From: Lingula anatina
Taxonomy: Eukaryota; Animalia; Brachiopoda
DNA: 64,000 nt
Direction of reading: 5' to 3'
Assembly: GCA_051362555.1 (NCBI GenBank)
Contig: CM120643.1
Coordinates: forward strand, 15,288,644 to 15,352,643
In this document: in pieces, positions 42,042 to 55,400 of the stretch
Layout of the letters: each line of letters starts with the position of its first letter
How positions within the stretch are numbered: position 1 is the stretch's first letter
The notes under the pieces: model-generated
Databases searched by the model: none
Told to the model about the DNA's origin: nothing
Seen by the model: only the letters and a program-made list of their open reading frames with translations
Position numbers and translations under genes: made by a program

Positions 42042-44599
42042 TTTTGAGTGTGCGTGGAGGCGGGTTTAGATTGTAGGACGGTCACGGAGCCATACACAAA
42101 CTGTATGACATCGGAGAGAGGGCAGCCGCAGCGAGGGGGGATAGGTAAGGGTGATTTTTAGTTACATGATTATAAAGCGTTCCTTTAAACGCATAGTTTT
42201 CAATTCTACTTTCTTCTCATAAAGTGAAGTTGAAAAAGGTGTTTTGGTGAATCTAACAACAATACTGCTCAAATTGGCTAGGTTGAGTTACATTTTGTTT
42301 ATCGTTGAACAAGATATTGTAATTTGAGAATTTGAATGTAATTTTACCCTGGATTTTGTCTATATATGGAATAATTTCAGGACTTATGGCAGGTTGGTAC
42401 GACGCCTGCACCGGGTGGCTGGCCACACGTCAACGAAAGCAGTTTTTCTCATTTTCCAAGCCGTTTATGAAACCTTTCGAGGTCTATTTCTTCGCCTTTC
42501 CTGGGTTTAACCCATTCAATATCACAGGGAAGAAAATAGGTTAGTTAACATGTATTTTGATATTAGTAAAGATCATTTAAATTAAAAATTTCTGCGACCA
42601 GTCATTCTCATTTCAACTCTTCCAATCCCGAGTACCCGGCACTTTACTGAGAGATTAAAAAACACTTTACAAAGTTACCTAACTGTTTCAGCCTATTATA
42701 GAGCTAGGTGCAATACCGCCAAATTAGTCAGTTTCCATTTATATTATATTTCTTTATCCTCTTCGAGCCATGATCGTTGTATACTGACTCCTTACAGGAC
42801 TGGCCAGCGGTTGGTTCGCAAACGAAGCCTGCATAGCCGGACTGGACCAAGTGGCTGGAAGAGAAGTCCCGCACTCCAATGTTTTCCACGCCCAGACACT
42901 TGACGAGCTCCTGGCTATGATCCAGAACGGAACTGTAAGTATTTTACTATGTTGCCAGATTTGTAACGTTCCTTCTGAATTAGACAATACACTGTTATTT
43001 TAATAGCAGTCAAGTCTTTAGACTTTTTAAAAACCTTTTTTTTTTCATTTTCCAATTACTTGGTAGCACGTTCAAAACTTGCAATTTAGTGCGGGGCTGT
43101 TGTTGAGAAGACAGCATTAAGAATATTAAGCTTGTTGGTTACTTAGGGGCCATTCAGAAAGAATGATCCGAGTACTTGCTGATCCGCCGACCAAATATGG
43201 CCGACCACAGTTCAAAAGCAATGCCGCCAATTCCTGATGGTCTCCCCGACTCCACACGCGCCTTTAAACGGATTCAATATCTACTCTGTTCAATTGCTAG
43301 GCGCCTACAGCGACAGCGTGTAGCGCTCGTAGAAGATTATGCATTTTTTTTTCTTTTTTTTTGCTATAAGCATTAAACTGGACAAAAAGTTATACCGGTC
43401 TTTTACGGCATTCTCGCATGACCTAAATTTGGTTTTAAATCTCCAAGACTGAGAGTACGAAGTGTTGATGAAAAAGTTTCAATGAAACTGATTTTCATCG
43501 TCCTTTACACATCTCTTCAATTGCCCAATTTCGGCTTTACCATCGTCATTGAAACGGCTATGCGGCAACCAAAAATATTTCCAAGATCATTAGCTCGATT
43601 AGCGTTGAACCACATTTTTAATAAAAGGCATAGAGTCTCTCGTCGAGTCTTCAATTTAAACTTTGCAATTAGGTGATGGTGAATTGTTTTCTACAGCAAT
43701 CATTTCATCCTGTCTAAATTTTACAGGTAGATGCGGGGTTTGGAACAGGATCTGCGTTAAACATCAAAATCTCTGGCACTAATATCCAAAAGTTCCCCTC
43801 GGACCCCATCTTCTGTAAAAATACCGCAGGAGGAGGAATGATGACCCGCAAAGACAATGACTTTAACTCTAAATGGAATCAAGGGTTTGAGAAACTTGTT
43901 TCTTCAGGTCGTTTCAAACGCCTATGTGATGAGGCACGAACCAAGCACGGTAAGTTGGAGTAAATCTGTTGATAAGCAATGTCAGTCTTCGTTACTTAGC
44001 ACCTTCATTAATATCTCTTAATAATATGGTAATTGGTGTGACTAAAATGCAGGCAGTGCAACGCCAGGGTAAGTCAGAAGAGGCGCTGATTTCAAGGCTA
44101 GCAAAGGATTGTTAACAACGACCACACTTAACATGTATTTTCATATGTAGGCGTTTGAGGTCAACAAAACGAGATCCGTTTTGGTTTAGGGTTCCTTCGA
44201 GTACAAACGTCGGTACGAAAATGACACTGCTTATTATTTTCTATTTAAATTTTAACGTAGCCTTATGGGTCTGTTAGTCAAAAGGGTTTACCAAGCGGTA
44301 ATACATATCGCCGTCTTATGCAGTTTCGTAGACAGTTCGGTTGCCTTCGTGAAACGTGCATGAGCATAATCTTTTTGAACGTCTGGTTGGTGCATTACAT
44401 CGTGTATAAATGGACTAATGAAAGTTGCCATTGCCAGTGACAGTTTGGATATATACCATTTTCTTTTAGGTTCTGATATTATGTGCTTCGGACCTGTATA
44501 CCTGTATTCGGGTTTCGTTTGATAAAAACGTGATTTCATTTCATTCTAACTTTTGTCTCTACAGGTCATCGCGGTGAGATTAACTGCGTGGATGCCTAA
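39078..44599 (+). CDS. Copy A: type II membrane protein with extracellular SBP family 3 / PBP2 (periplasmic amino-acid-binding protein-like) domain, 338 aa
   Basis: Exons 39078-39138, 39911-40166, 40899-40948, 42049-42144, 42381-42539, 42798-42934, 43727-43949, 44565-44599 join into an open frame: MSDTRSDSNVNLVTRTNQLEGSR-TM(LLTILTLVICGLIAIVALIISAVAI)-S/T/Q stalk-RIYTIALGYDTGAFDYNDDSGFKVGFFPEIVDAVC..AGLDC...GLMAGWYDACTGWLATRQRKQFFSFSKPF...ITGKKIG...TLDELLAMIQNGTVDAGF...GMMTRKDNDFNSKWNQGFEKLVSSGRFKRLCDEARTKHGHRGEINCVDA. Confidence 0.88.
39226..39462. mobile_element. Small element with internal GACTCCCCAGTCA subrepeats in intron 1 of copy A
   Basis: Bounded by AACCGGT at both ends with imperfect inverted termini. 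The paralogous site in copy B (~46671) has a single AACCGGT. Confidence 0.6.
40239..40535 (-). mobile_element. GGCGGAT-terminus MITE family copy in intron 2 of copy A
   Basis: Termini AGTGGCGGTTT...AAATCCTGGACCTGCC. Reverse-oriented relative of 47316-47559 and 51146-51410; similar fragments at ~37049 and ~39578-39746. Confidence 0.55.
41085..41610. repeat. TGACCTT-rich interspersed repeat in intron 3 of copy A
   Basis: Internal repeats GTTACT(A/G)TTGAACTT, ATCATAT, GACCTTGA. Absent from the short intron 3 of copies B, C and E. Confidence 0.5.
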
Positions 44600-44607
44600 A
44601 CAACACA

Positions 44608-44903
44608 TATCCGTTACCTTCACCTCGATGGCTTGACCATTCGACTAGGTATTCATAAACTTCATCTTGTGACTAAACCTCAGAACTAAGCATCAGTAAT
44701 GATGGCGCAACCAAAGGACAAGACATCCGTGACCTTCACCTTGATGGCTTAACCGCAGGACTAGATATCGGTGACCTTCACCTTGATGGCTTAACCATTC
44801 AACGAGGCATTCATAAACTTCAACATGATAACTTAACCAGAGAACTAGACATCCGTAACCTGCACTTTTGACAAGAGACACCCTTGACCTTCACCTGGAT
44901 GGC
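44608..44903 (+). repeat. Degenerate ~42-bp tandem repeat directly after the stop codon of copy A
   Basis: Unit approximates ATCCGTGACCTTCACCTTGATGGCTTAACC(N)AGGACTAGAC, about 7-8 units. Homologous arrays lie at ~49992-50225, ~57172-57388 and ~60610-60670. Confidence 0.8.
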
Positions 44904-45104
44904 AAATTGTGAAATTTTGCCAAGAAGGAATCTACCCCCTGTATAAATAACTAATGGATAAAACCGAACATCCAACAAAATTTCATACTTATACTAAAAT
45001 GACCATCAAAAGGCTAAAACTGGCAATTCAGCGTACCCTTTATACACATACCAGTTATTTGTCTCACTAAAAAAGGAATTTTTGGATTTTGGCCGTTTCC
45101 ATGG

Positions 45105-45733
45105 TTACGTTACGTTATCAGCTCTCGTCTGGCAAACGATTTGTTGCAGAAACACAGGGGTCTGAGGATGGGCCAACAGTCTTTGGGTCCTGATATTAAT
45201 CCTACCGAACACCTGTGGCATGAATTGGAATGTGCACTGCAGAGGAGAACCAATTCCCAAATAATCTTGACCAATTCTGCCACGCTCTTTAGGATGAATG
45301 GGACAATATCCCACATAACAGAATTGTTACCCGTGTTGAAGGCTTGTCGCGCCGTCTACAGGAGATAATTGCAGTACGCGGTAGACGCACACGCTGTTAG
45401 GCACGTGATCTTTAACGAGCACACCCTAATGCTAATTGTCCGTGAATTTGGGGACATTTGATGGCGTCTTTTCAATTTTATAGACATTTCTTTACATCTG
45501 TAGAAGTCACAGTGAAACAGTGGATTTGAGGGGGTACCTCTTATAAATTTGACTAAATGGTATAAAATATGTATATTTTTACCTCTATTTTGTATTTTTT
45601 AAACCATTAATCATGTAAGACACGGTATCTGTAATAAAAAGCACTATTTCTAACAATTTACAGCTGTGAGGTGATCATTTGTAATTAAAAGTACATGAAA
45701 ATGGGGGTGGGACAACCTTTTTGACCAATGCTG
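45105..45733 (+). mobile_element. Tc1/mariner 3' remnant with transposase C-terminus
   Basis: GPDINPTEHLWHEL (SPDLNPIEHLW motif), then frameshifted EWDNIP...LSRRLQEIIAVRGRRTRC*. Ends in TIR GGGGTGGGACAACCTTTTTGACCAATGCTG followed by TA. Confidence 0.88.
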
Positions 45734-46521
45734 TATATTATATAAGAAAGGCAGATGGAAAGAAAGGCTCCTTATTATTACACAGTAAACAAAATCCACT
45801 AGTGGTATAATGTTACATTTCCCACGTACAGTATGCGGCCTGCAGGGAGACACGCTTACCTTGATGTTTTCCTTAATAATATTTGTGTCCATGGCACTGG
45901 GAAGATTCATATCAAATCACCGTTGAGATCGTAAAGGATTAAAATCCCTGAAGAAGGCCTAGGGGCTGAAAACTTGGATTATATATTTTACATCTTTATA
46001 ATAGATCTTCATAAATGTATCAGTATTATAACTTATTTACATTTGGCACTGAGGCAAACGTGTATTGGAACACGCACACGTGAAGCATATGGCTAATTTG
46101 AAAATGGGAAGATTACCAGTTTTAACCAACCAACCACGACTGCATTTGCCTTTAAAATAAGATTCATACGACATAAGAATAAAAAGCTAGCAATTTCTTT
46201 TTTTTTTTTTCGCTTTTGCTGTAGAAAACATGCCATCAGACTTAGCTTCAACTTGGAAGGCAGCTTATTTCAAAACGGTTGGGGGAGGGGTTTGAGTTAA
46301 TGATTTGAAATTAAACCGTGAGGGCATACAGTATATTTGAACCTTCCTTTCAGCATATCACATTTACTGAATCCTTTGTCGGGAACACTAAGTACTGTAT
46401 TCGCATTTGCATAATTCATTCTTGACTCTCTTTTTAAGCAAAACAGGCAGTGCCTGTATAATTTGTGCCTTGCATGAACAAGTGGATAATATTTGTCCTT
46501 GATAGAGACCCCTATTCCAAG

Positions 46522-47267
46522 ATGTCGGATGCAAGGCAAGGCAGTAATGTCAATCTCGAGACGAGAACCAACCAACTACAAGGTAATATGCCTTAAAAAG
46601 ATTACGACATATGTTTTCTTTTCACCAGACAGCTACAGCTGAGATTTTCTGTACTCGATTTCATTTATTGGAACCGGTACTCAGCATGATGAATATGTAC
46701 GGAGGGGTGACATAAGTACAAGGGCATTGCACCATCGAATTACTGTATTCGCATTTGTTCGTTAACAGTGATTTGGGGTTTGTTGCTCGTCTAAACCTTG
46801 ATGGATGTTCATCCATGTGCAGTACCAGTGTAAAGGGTGTCATCGATGGTGTCACGCCCTTCTGGCTGTCAAGTTTCTACCATGGTAAATGTACGGGAGC
46901 TCACACATGAAGGAAGAAAATAATTTTTTTCAGGTTAGTCCCTTTATTGCTTTTCTTCCAGCCACCTTCGTACTGACAACAACCATTATGATAAGTGTAC
47001 TGATTGCGATAGTTGCGCTCATCATCTCAGCCGTCGCAATCTCCAAACTCGCTGGCTCTGACATTACAGTCCAGGGTGAAACAACAGGTACTCAGCAAAC
47101 TCCCCAGCCTGCAGTAGCCTACTCACCCAGTACCTATGACACCAGCCGGTGTCAGGCCTCCAATAGAAAAAGAATTTACACAGTGGCCGCTGGATACGAT
47201 ATTGGGCCTTATGAATATAAGTAAGCAGAAATATAGCTCCCATAACGGGATAGATGTGTGTGTCTGT

Positions 47268-47298
<31 letters not shown>

Positions 47299-47368
47299 GG
47301 GGAGCAAAGGTGGGGTAGGGGCGGAACCAGGATTATTTGAAGGAAGGGTCTGCAAATGCCAGGTCGGC

Positions 47369-47399
<31 letters not shown>

Positions 47400-49982
47400 A
47401 AAATTTTAGAGGCGATCGGTGCCATTTGGTACGGTTTATATCTATGATTCAGCTAGTCAAAATTCTAATTTCGAGACAGACCATTGTGGCTTTTTTTCAG
47501 AAATCGAAGGGGGAGGGGTCAGGACCCCCCCCCTCCGACACCCCCTCAATCCGGCACTGTTGGGGAGGGAGATGCGTAAAATATGCAAACCTGATAACTT
47601 AAACTGTCCGTATAACCTTTCAGTGACGACAGCGGGTTTCAAGCTGGATTAGGTCACGACCTTATAGACGCAGGTAATCAAAATTTTCTTTTGAACAATT
47701 TGTATGGTTCTTGTTTATATATCATTAAATTATACTCTGAAAAATATCAACTTGGAAGTCAATGGTTTATTTATTTATTTGAGTGTGTCAGGAGGCGGGA
47801 ATTGATTGCAGGATTGTCACGGAGCCATACACCAACTGTATGTTCTCAGAGAAAGGGCAGCCAGAGAGAGGGGGGATAGGTATGGAGAATTCTTTTATTT
47901 ATCTCATGGCAGTTGGTTGTCAAAACGAATATCTTTTATTTCTTCGTTTTATATTTTATTTCTTTCGAAAACGCGCTTAAAATTCTAAAATGTATAGATT
48001 AACTGAGACTGTTAGGCGATATATTAGTCTACATGTAGATCTGAAGCTTTTCCTATATGTTAAATTTTTGTTTGTGGTTTATAGTTGACCATTATATTGA
48101 AATTAGTATTAGTATCGGAGTATAAATTTTATCCGGGATTTTGTCTCTTCATGGGATCATTTCAGGACTTATGGAAGGTTGGTACGACGCCTGCACCGGG
48201 TGGCTGGCCTCACGCCAACGGAAGCAGGTTTTCGCATTTTCCAAGCCGTTTTTGAAACCATTTGAGGTCTATTTCTACGCTTTACCTGGATTTAATCCAT
48301 TCAATATCACTGGGAAGAAAATAGGTGAGTTATGCTGTCGACAGCTAATTAAAATTTATTAACTCCTGATATTTTTGATTTTTTTTTCATTTGGGTTCCT
48401 TCTGGTGTTCAGTTGTAATGTTACATTTCATGAAGAATGCCAACACCAAGTAAGGATGTCTTGTAGCTGCCAAGAACCTTCGAAACCTGCATGGCGCCTT
48501 CTATCTTAGATCCAAATCTAAAAGAATATTGTGTGTGCGATCTTAAATTCAAACTAAGACCAAAGACTTTAAATCAGCCCGTTAGTGTTTTAATATAATT
48601 TCACGGTTTACCCTCAAGTTACAAATTATTTCAGGGATTTTTCTTCGTTTTTGGTACCTTTTTGTGATCAGTTATGAATTTGTTAAATTATCGGCAAATT
48701 ATAGAGAAAGGTTTATGCCATTTTAAGGAAAACAGGGATTAGAGAAGAAAAGCAGTCACCCAAAGGCAGTTTGTACCATTTTAATTTTAATATTAAAAGA
48801 ATTTAATGACATAGTCGTTATTTCGGGTAGCTGTCGCACACCTGGATGACAACCTATATTCATCGAGGCTCTGATATCAACCGTTTCTGCAAACAGTATC
48901 CAAAAAATGAAATTTGTTTCGTGGGCTATCAAAGTTAACCAGACCTATGCCTACAAACATGAGTCTTTTAAAAGCGGCCCATGGGTGTTAACATGCATGC
49001 TGACTCCTTACAGGACTGATAAGCGGGTTCTTCACTAACGAAGCCTGTCTGGCCGGACTGGACCAGGTGGCTGGAAGAGACGTCCCGCACTCCAACGTTT
49101 TCCAAGCCGAGACGCTTGATATGCTCCTGGCTATGATCCTGAATGGAACTGTGAGTGTTTTCCCATGTTACCTGTTTTTGCAAGTATTTTTAATACGCCC
49201 ATATGTTTTAAATCCCACAGCATCCCAGTGTTCAGACTTCGCCCCTTTTCATTATTGTGAAATAAGCTCTATTCTTTACCAATCATTTAATACTTCCTAA
49301 ATTTTACAGGTAGACGTGGGTTTAAGCACGGGGCCTGCTATGGCCACCAAAATCAATGGCACTAATATCCAACGGTTCCCATCGGATCCCATGTTCTGTA
49401 AGAATGCCGGGCAGCCCGGAATGATGACCCGTAAAGACAATGACTTCAGCTCTAAATGGAATGATGGGTTTGAGAAACTTGTCTCTTCAGGTCGTTTTAA
49501 ACGGCTATGTGATGAGGCACGGATCAAGCACGGTACGTCTGGGCGATTCTGTTGATTAACAATATCAATAATATTAGGCAGTTTTGATTACTTAGTAGGC
49601 CTATGTTCTTTTAAGTTTTAAGTTGTTAAAACAACTAAGGATCTATTTTTCTGTACTTAATTTACACTATACGTGTATAAAATATTGAAAATTCAGGCTA
49701 TATAATGTAAGCAATGTCGCTAGGATTTGCCACAATAGACGCTGTTTTCAAGACTAACAGAAGGTTGTGATCAAAGCCAATCTTTTTTTTTCACGGTCGA
49801 AGATACCCTTATATGATAAAAAGACAAATTCATTACATTGAAAACAAAGTTATAAATAAAGATATTATTTCATGTATAAATATTATATTTATGATCGACA
49901 CGTGATTTCATTTAACGTCACATACATTGTAACGTTCGTCTCAACAGGTCATCGCGGTGAGATTGACTGTGTGGATGCCTAA
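46522..49982 (+). CDS. Copy B: membrane-anchored SBP3/PBP2-like protein, 339 aa
   Basis: Exons 46522-46582, 46962-47220, 47624-47673, 47784-47879, 48166-48324, 49014-49150, 49310-49532, 49948-49982; same phases as copy A; open frame ending HGHRGEIDCVDA*. Confidence 0.88.
47316..47559 (+). mobile_element. GGCGGAT-terminus MITE family copy in intron 2 of copy B
   Basis: TAGGGGCGGAACCAGGATTATTTGAAGG...AATCCGGCACTG; close match to 51146-51410. Confidence 0.6.
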
Positions 49983-50403
49983 CAACAGCTGGGATCTTTA
50001 ACCTTCACCTTGATTGCTAAATCACAAAACAATGCATCCGTTACCTTCACCTTGATGGTATCAAGACAGAAATATAGGAATTTGTAACTTTCACCTTGAT
50101 GGTTAAAACAAAGATGTAGGCGGCCGTAACCTGAACTTTGATGTCTTAATCCCAGAAGATATCTATGACCTTCATCTTGATAGCTAAACCACAGGACGAG
50201 GCATCCGTAAACTACACCTTATGGCAACTTGTTGAACTTACAAGAAACCACGACGAAATATATAAATGAATCTAATGAAAAGAATCGATAATAAATCCAC
50301 TGATGATGTGCGAACTTCATGTTGATTATAGGATGACCACCAACGATATCAATTTCAGACCCGCACTGCTTTTTTAAGGAAGCGCAACTGTAATGCCAAC
50401 AGG

Positions 50404-50405
<2 letters not shown>

Positions 50406-50467
<62 letters not shown>
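50406..50467. repeat. (TA)n microsatellite
   Basis: About 30 TA units. Paralogous positions (~57556, ~60830) have only a short TTATTACAT.TATATG. Confidence 0.95.
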
Positions 50468-50468
<1 letters not shown>

Positions 50469-51145
50469 CCTCAGTGCTTCAGTTGATGGTTATCGTAATT
50501 TCATTACCATTACAATCTACTGATTACCCCCTCTTGACAAAATCAATCAAAAGTCTTATGGAAGAAATGTCGTCTTCGGAAAAGTTTAACAAAATTGTTT
50601 AAAATCGATATAAACTGTTTTATTTTTATTTTTTATATGACGCACGAGGCTCCTGGTTTAATTTAAGATAGGGCCTACAAACTCAGCAAAGCAAAAAACG
50701 ACCAGGCGGTGCTGTTTGGAATATCCTCGTAAATGAATAACGGGGGGGATAACCCTGCAAACAAAACATTGCCATACTATCTTTGCACCGTATGTGGAAC
50801 GCCATCACTGCACAAACGTTACAGAATATTTAGACTCCATGCACAGACGGGCCAGGTGCATCCTCCAATCCAGAAGATACTGTACAAAATACCAAAAAGT
50901 GGCTTTGATCGGTTAGCTTATCCATTGGTTGAACAATCAGTAAATTTATGTGGAAGAATCTTTTAGGATTTGAATAAAGAACATTGTTTCATGGCATGGT
51001 TTTCTGTATCACTATTTTCCTGGCTGGTAGCGAAATAGCGTCAGACAAACCGCTTTAGGACGATTAAAAAATGTTATAGACAGCAGACGTCCGGTCAGAC
51101 TCATTGATCAAAATCACTGTTTGTCGGCAAGAGCAAGACAACATG

Positions 51146-51410
51146 CAGGGGCGGATCAAGGATTATTTGAAGGGGGGTCTGCGGATGCAAAGCCGACCCC
51201 CCCCCCCCCCCCCCCCTTGGCGTGCGGTGGGGAACCCAGTGAAGGACTCCAAAAATTTAGGTATTTTATAGGACAAACGGCGTCATTTGATGTGGTTTAG
51301 AAATATTATTTAGCTTTAATCAAAATTCTAATTTCAAAAGGGGAGCATTGGTGTGATTTATTTCAGGAATCGAAAGAGGGGGGGGGGGGGGGTCAGGACC
51401 CCTTCCCCCC
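51146..51410 (+). mobile_element. GGCGGAT-terminus MITE family copy
   Basis: CAGGGGCGGATCAAGGATTATTTGAAGGGGGGTCTGC...GGTCAGGACCCC, homologous to 47316-47559. Confidence 0.6.
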
Positions 51411-52441
51411 AGTGAAAGATACATTGTACGCTGCAAATACGACGTCTCCCATTTAGATTTGCACACATATGCACCACATCTCAATATGATAAAACATGCT
51501 TATATGGGATATGATTGGACGACAGACAGCCTGTAGTGAAAAACCCCATGGTCAGACAGCTCTGGAGTGATTTTAGCCTGGAATGATACAGGCTCCCATC
51601 GCATGAGTTACAGGATCTACTGACAAGTTGCAGCAGGATGCCAGTGACCACATTGTTGAAATATTAAAAAAAATATATTTCTAATGTTTCATACATGGGT
51701 TTTTTCATACATTGTCTGATCATAAAAGAGGTCACGCACAAGTACGGAAAGGACCCGTACAAGAGGCGAACTCGCCAGGACATTAATTTGAACAGTTAGG
51801 TGTGAAATATTATCTGAAGTTATTTATACATCTCAGTTTCCCATGTGTGAATTTTATCAGACAAAGAAAGACTTTTCCGCCGATTGAATTTAATACCACA
51901 CCGTGTATAAAACATTAAAAATATTACAATATTTTCAATACTGTGGTCTCTGACAGGAGGGAATGTGAATTAACCTGAGGTCCAAAGCCAGACAGTTAAC
52001 AACCACTGTTGACGTCCTACGGGTTGGTTTACTGTTATTTTCTGAATCAATATTTCATTGGAATCAATTTAGGAATGATTTTTATGATAAGTAAGCGTTT
52101 TCTTGCTCTGTGAGCAAACTTTTTAGACCACGGTTTTGCCCAGTTTGTTAATGAATTTACGCTTTGTTAATAAGCTTTACATTTCAATCAAGGGACTTGT
52201 TATTTAAAGTAAAAGTGTGAACACACACGTTTGGATATTATTTAACTGTGCTCGGTTTTGGTTGCAGGTTTTATGCACACCTTGTAGCCTTTTGTAGGGT
52301 ATAAAAAGTAGTCACATTTGCATAAGTAAGCTGGTTCTTTTTTTTTTTACTCTTTTTAATGTTAACAGGCACAATCCGTGCCTAGCATGAAGAGATGGAG
52401 ATTATATTACATTCGTCCTTGCTCAAGACCTCCAATCCAAG

Positions 52442-55400
52442 ATGTCGGATGCAAGGAGCGACAGCAATGTCAACCATGCGACGAAAACCACCCAAGGTAA
52501 TTTGCCTTAGAAAAGATTTGGACAAATGTTTTCTTTAACCAGAAAACATTTTATTAAAGTAGCGATTTTCTGTACTCGATTTCATTTATTAAAACCGATA
52601 CTCAGCATGTAGAACATGTACAGAGGGATGACAAAAGTGCAGGGGTAGTGTATTATCTATGTGAATAGTTCGTTGTGTGATATGGAGGGTCCCGTTAGAA
52701 AAAAGTGATTTGTGGTTTATTGCTCGTCTGAGCAGTGATGGATTTTCATCCATGTGCACTATAAAGGGTGCCATCAATGGTTTAATGCTTTCTGGCTGTC
52801 AAGTTTTTACCATGGTGAATGTACGGGAGCTTACACATGCAGAACAAAAATAAAAGATTTTTTTAGGTTAATCCCTTTCTTTCTTCCAGCCACCACGACA
52901 ATAACCATAGCGATATGTGTTCCGATTGCGATAGTTGCGCTCATCATCTCAGCCGTCGCAATCTCCAAACCCATTGGCTCTGACATCACAGTCCAGGGTG
53001 AAACAACAGGTACTCAGCAAACTCCCCAGCCTGAAGTAGCATACTCACCCAGTACCTATGACGCCAGCCGGTGTCAGGTCTCCAATAGAAAGAGAATTTA
53101 CACGCTGGCCATTGGATTCGATATTGGGCCTTATGAATATAGGTAAGTAAAAATAAGCAGAAAAAATGGGGTAGATGTGTGTGTGTGTGGGGGGGGGGGG
53201 TTACATAAAATCTGCAAATCTGATAACTTAAACTGTCCGTCTAACTTTTCAGTGACGACAGCGGGTTTCAAGTTGGATTCGGTCGCGACCTTATAGACGC
53301 AGGTAAGGTTCTTGTTGAAATACCCCTTGATAACAGTAACACTGCGAAAAATATCAACTTGAAAGTCTATGGTTTATTCATTTAATTATTCATTTTTATT
53401 CATTCAATTATTTCTTTATTTGAGTGTGTCAGGAGGCGGGAATTGATTGCAGGATTGTCAGGGAGCCTACCACCAACTGCATGTTCTCAGAGAGAGGACA
53501 GCCACACAGAGGAGGGATAGGTATGGAGCATTCTTTTATTTATCTCATAGAAGATGGTTGTTAAAACGAATTTCTGCTCTTACTTCATTTCATGTTTTTC
53601 TTTCTTTCGAAAACGCGCTTGGAAGCAAAATTTTTCATGGGCGAAGTGAAGTTGACAAAGTTCAATGTCAGAAAATAATCAAAGTGGTTTGGTATTCATT
53701 TTAGTTAGGTCAACTTTTTATATGGCGATCGATGTTGAAGACAGTTTGTTCAGTTTTATCCTAATATGTATTGACTAAGACTGTTTTGTGCTATATTGGA
53801 CTAGGACCGAAGCTTTCCCAATATGTTTTACTTTTGTTTAAAGTTGAACATAATATTGAAATTCAAGTATTTGAATATAAATTTTACTTTGAATAATCCT
53901 ATACATGGCATCATTTCAGGACTTATGGAAGGTTGGTACGACGCCTGCACCGGGTGGCTGACCACACGTCAACGGAAGCAGATTTTCGCATTTTCCAAGC
54001 CGTTTTTGAAACCTATCGAGGTCTATTTCTACGCCTTTCCTGGATTTAATCCATTCAATATCACTGGAAAGAAAATAGGTGAGTGAGTTATCTTGTATTC
54101 ACGTGTTAGAAGAAATAATTTGAGTTAAAATTTCTCCAACCAGTTATTTAATTATTCACTTCAGCTCTTTTTCTCAAGAGTACCCGCTCTTTTTCTGGTA
54201 TTACTATTTAACTGGAGTATAGCATGTAGATAGTTCCGAACTATATATAGATTGTATAAATTGATGGAATATTTTCACAAATTAATGTATTTGCGATTCC
54301 AAAAAGGTCAAACTACAATGTAAGACAAGATTCGCCATTCACCTAGGTTATTAGTATTTTATTTTTATTTCAACTATTAACTCAATTTAAATTCATTAAC
54401 TCCTGATATTTTAAACGTTTTTTTTTTCATTTTGGTTCTTTTTGGTGCTCAGTTGTAATGTTACATTTCATGAAAAATTCCAACACCAAATAAGGATGTC
54501 GTGTAGCTGCCACAAACCTATGGAACCTGCATGACGTCATCTATCTTTGATCCAAATCTTTAAGAATACTGCATGTGAGATTTCACCAGCTCGTTGGTGT
54601 TTTAATATAATTTCAAGGTCAACCCTCAAGTTACAAATTTAAATAATTTTTGGGGATTTTTTCTTCCTTTTGTACCTTTTCGTGATCAATTATGGTTAAA
54701 TAATCGGCAAATTATGGAAAAAGTTAATGTTAAGAAAAACAGGAATTAGATCAGAAAAGCGGTTATCCAAAGGTGATATGTACTATTAAAAATTTAATGA
54801 CATAGTCATTATCTCGGGGAGCTGTCACACACGTCCTCTATTCTTGAGGTTCTAACAGAACCCGTTTCTGCTGTTTGTTGGCTCAGATGAACCCAACACT
54901 TAAGAACGCCTGCCTTAACTCATCTCTAAAATCGGCTGGTCCTCATTCGTGCTTAAAGTACGATGAAGAGCATCTCAATATGTTGCCATCAGCGTATCGT
55001 GTAATGTCGTATTCAGACTAAGTAAGATCTCTTTACATAAATGTTTACGTCAAATTTGACCGCAGTACTGAACACTTCTATTCAGATAATGGATATTTAC
55101 GGGAATAGAGGATCCCCCTGTTTGAGACCCCTAGCGACACTTTGAATGTCTCCAAAAAAACTTAAAAAATTATACATTGCAAAATAAATATATTTCCACT
55201 ATTCGGAATCAAAAGCCTTTTCTCAACCTATTGTAACAGAAGAAAGAATGTTGGTTTGGGTGCTTTGGGACAAAAGGCGACAATTGCAGGGACAAAAAAG
55301 GAAGGAAATGAACTTTTTATCTCTAGCTGTCACCCCGCATTTGCTTCTTAAAGGCATCTGCTATTAGGAATAATAAATCTTTTTAAGTATAAATAACTTC

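Noticed and set aside
44693-44881. Repetitive minus-strand ORF (LSHQGEGH repeats)
   Set aside because: By-product of the 42-bp 3' repeat; the frame is not preserved in the paralogous arrays.
46780-46960. N-terminal extensions of ORFs 46889..47224 and 52754..53146 as coding sequence
   Set aside because: They lie in intron 1 upstream of a clear TTCTTCCAG acceptor. The frames differ between B and C, and a conserved ATG-bearing exon 1 exists upstream.
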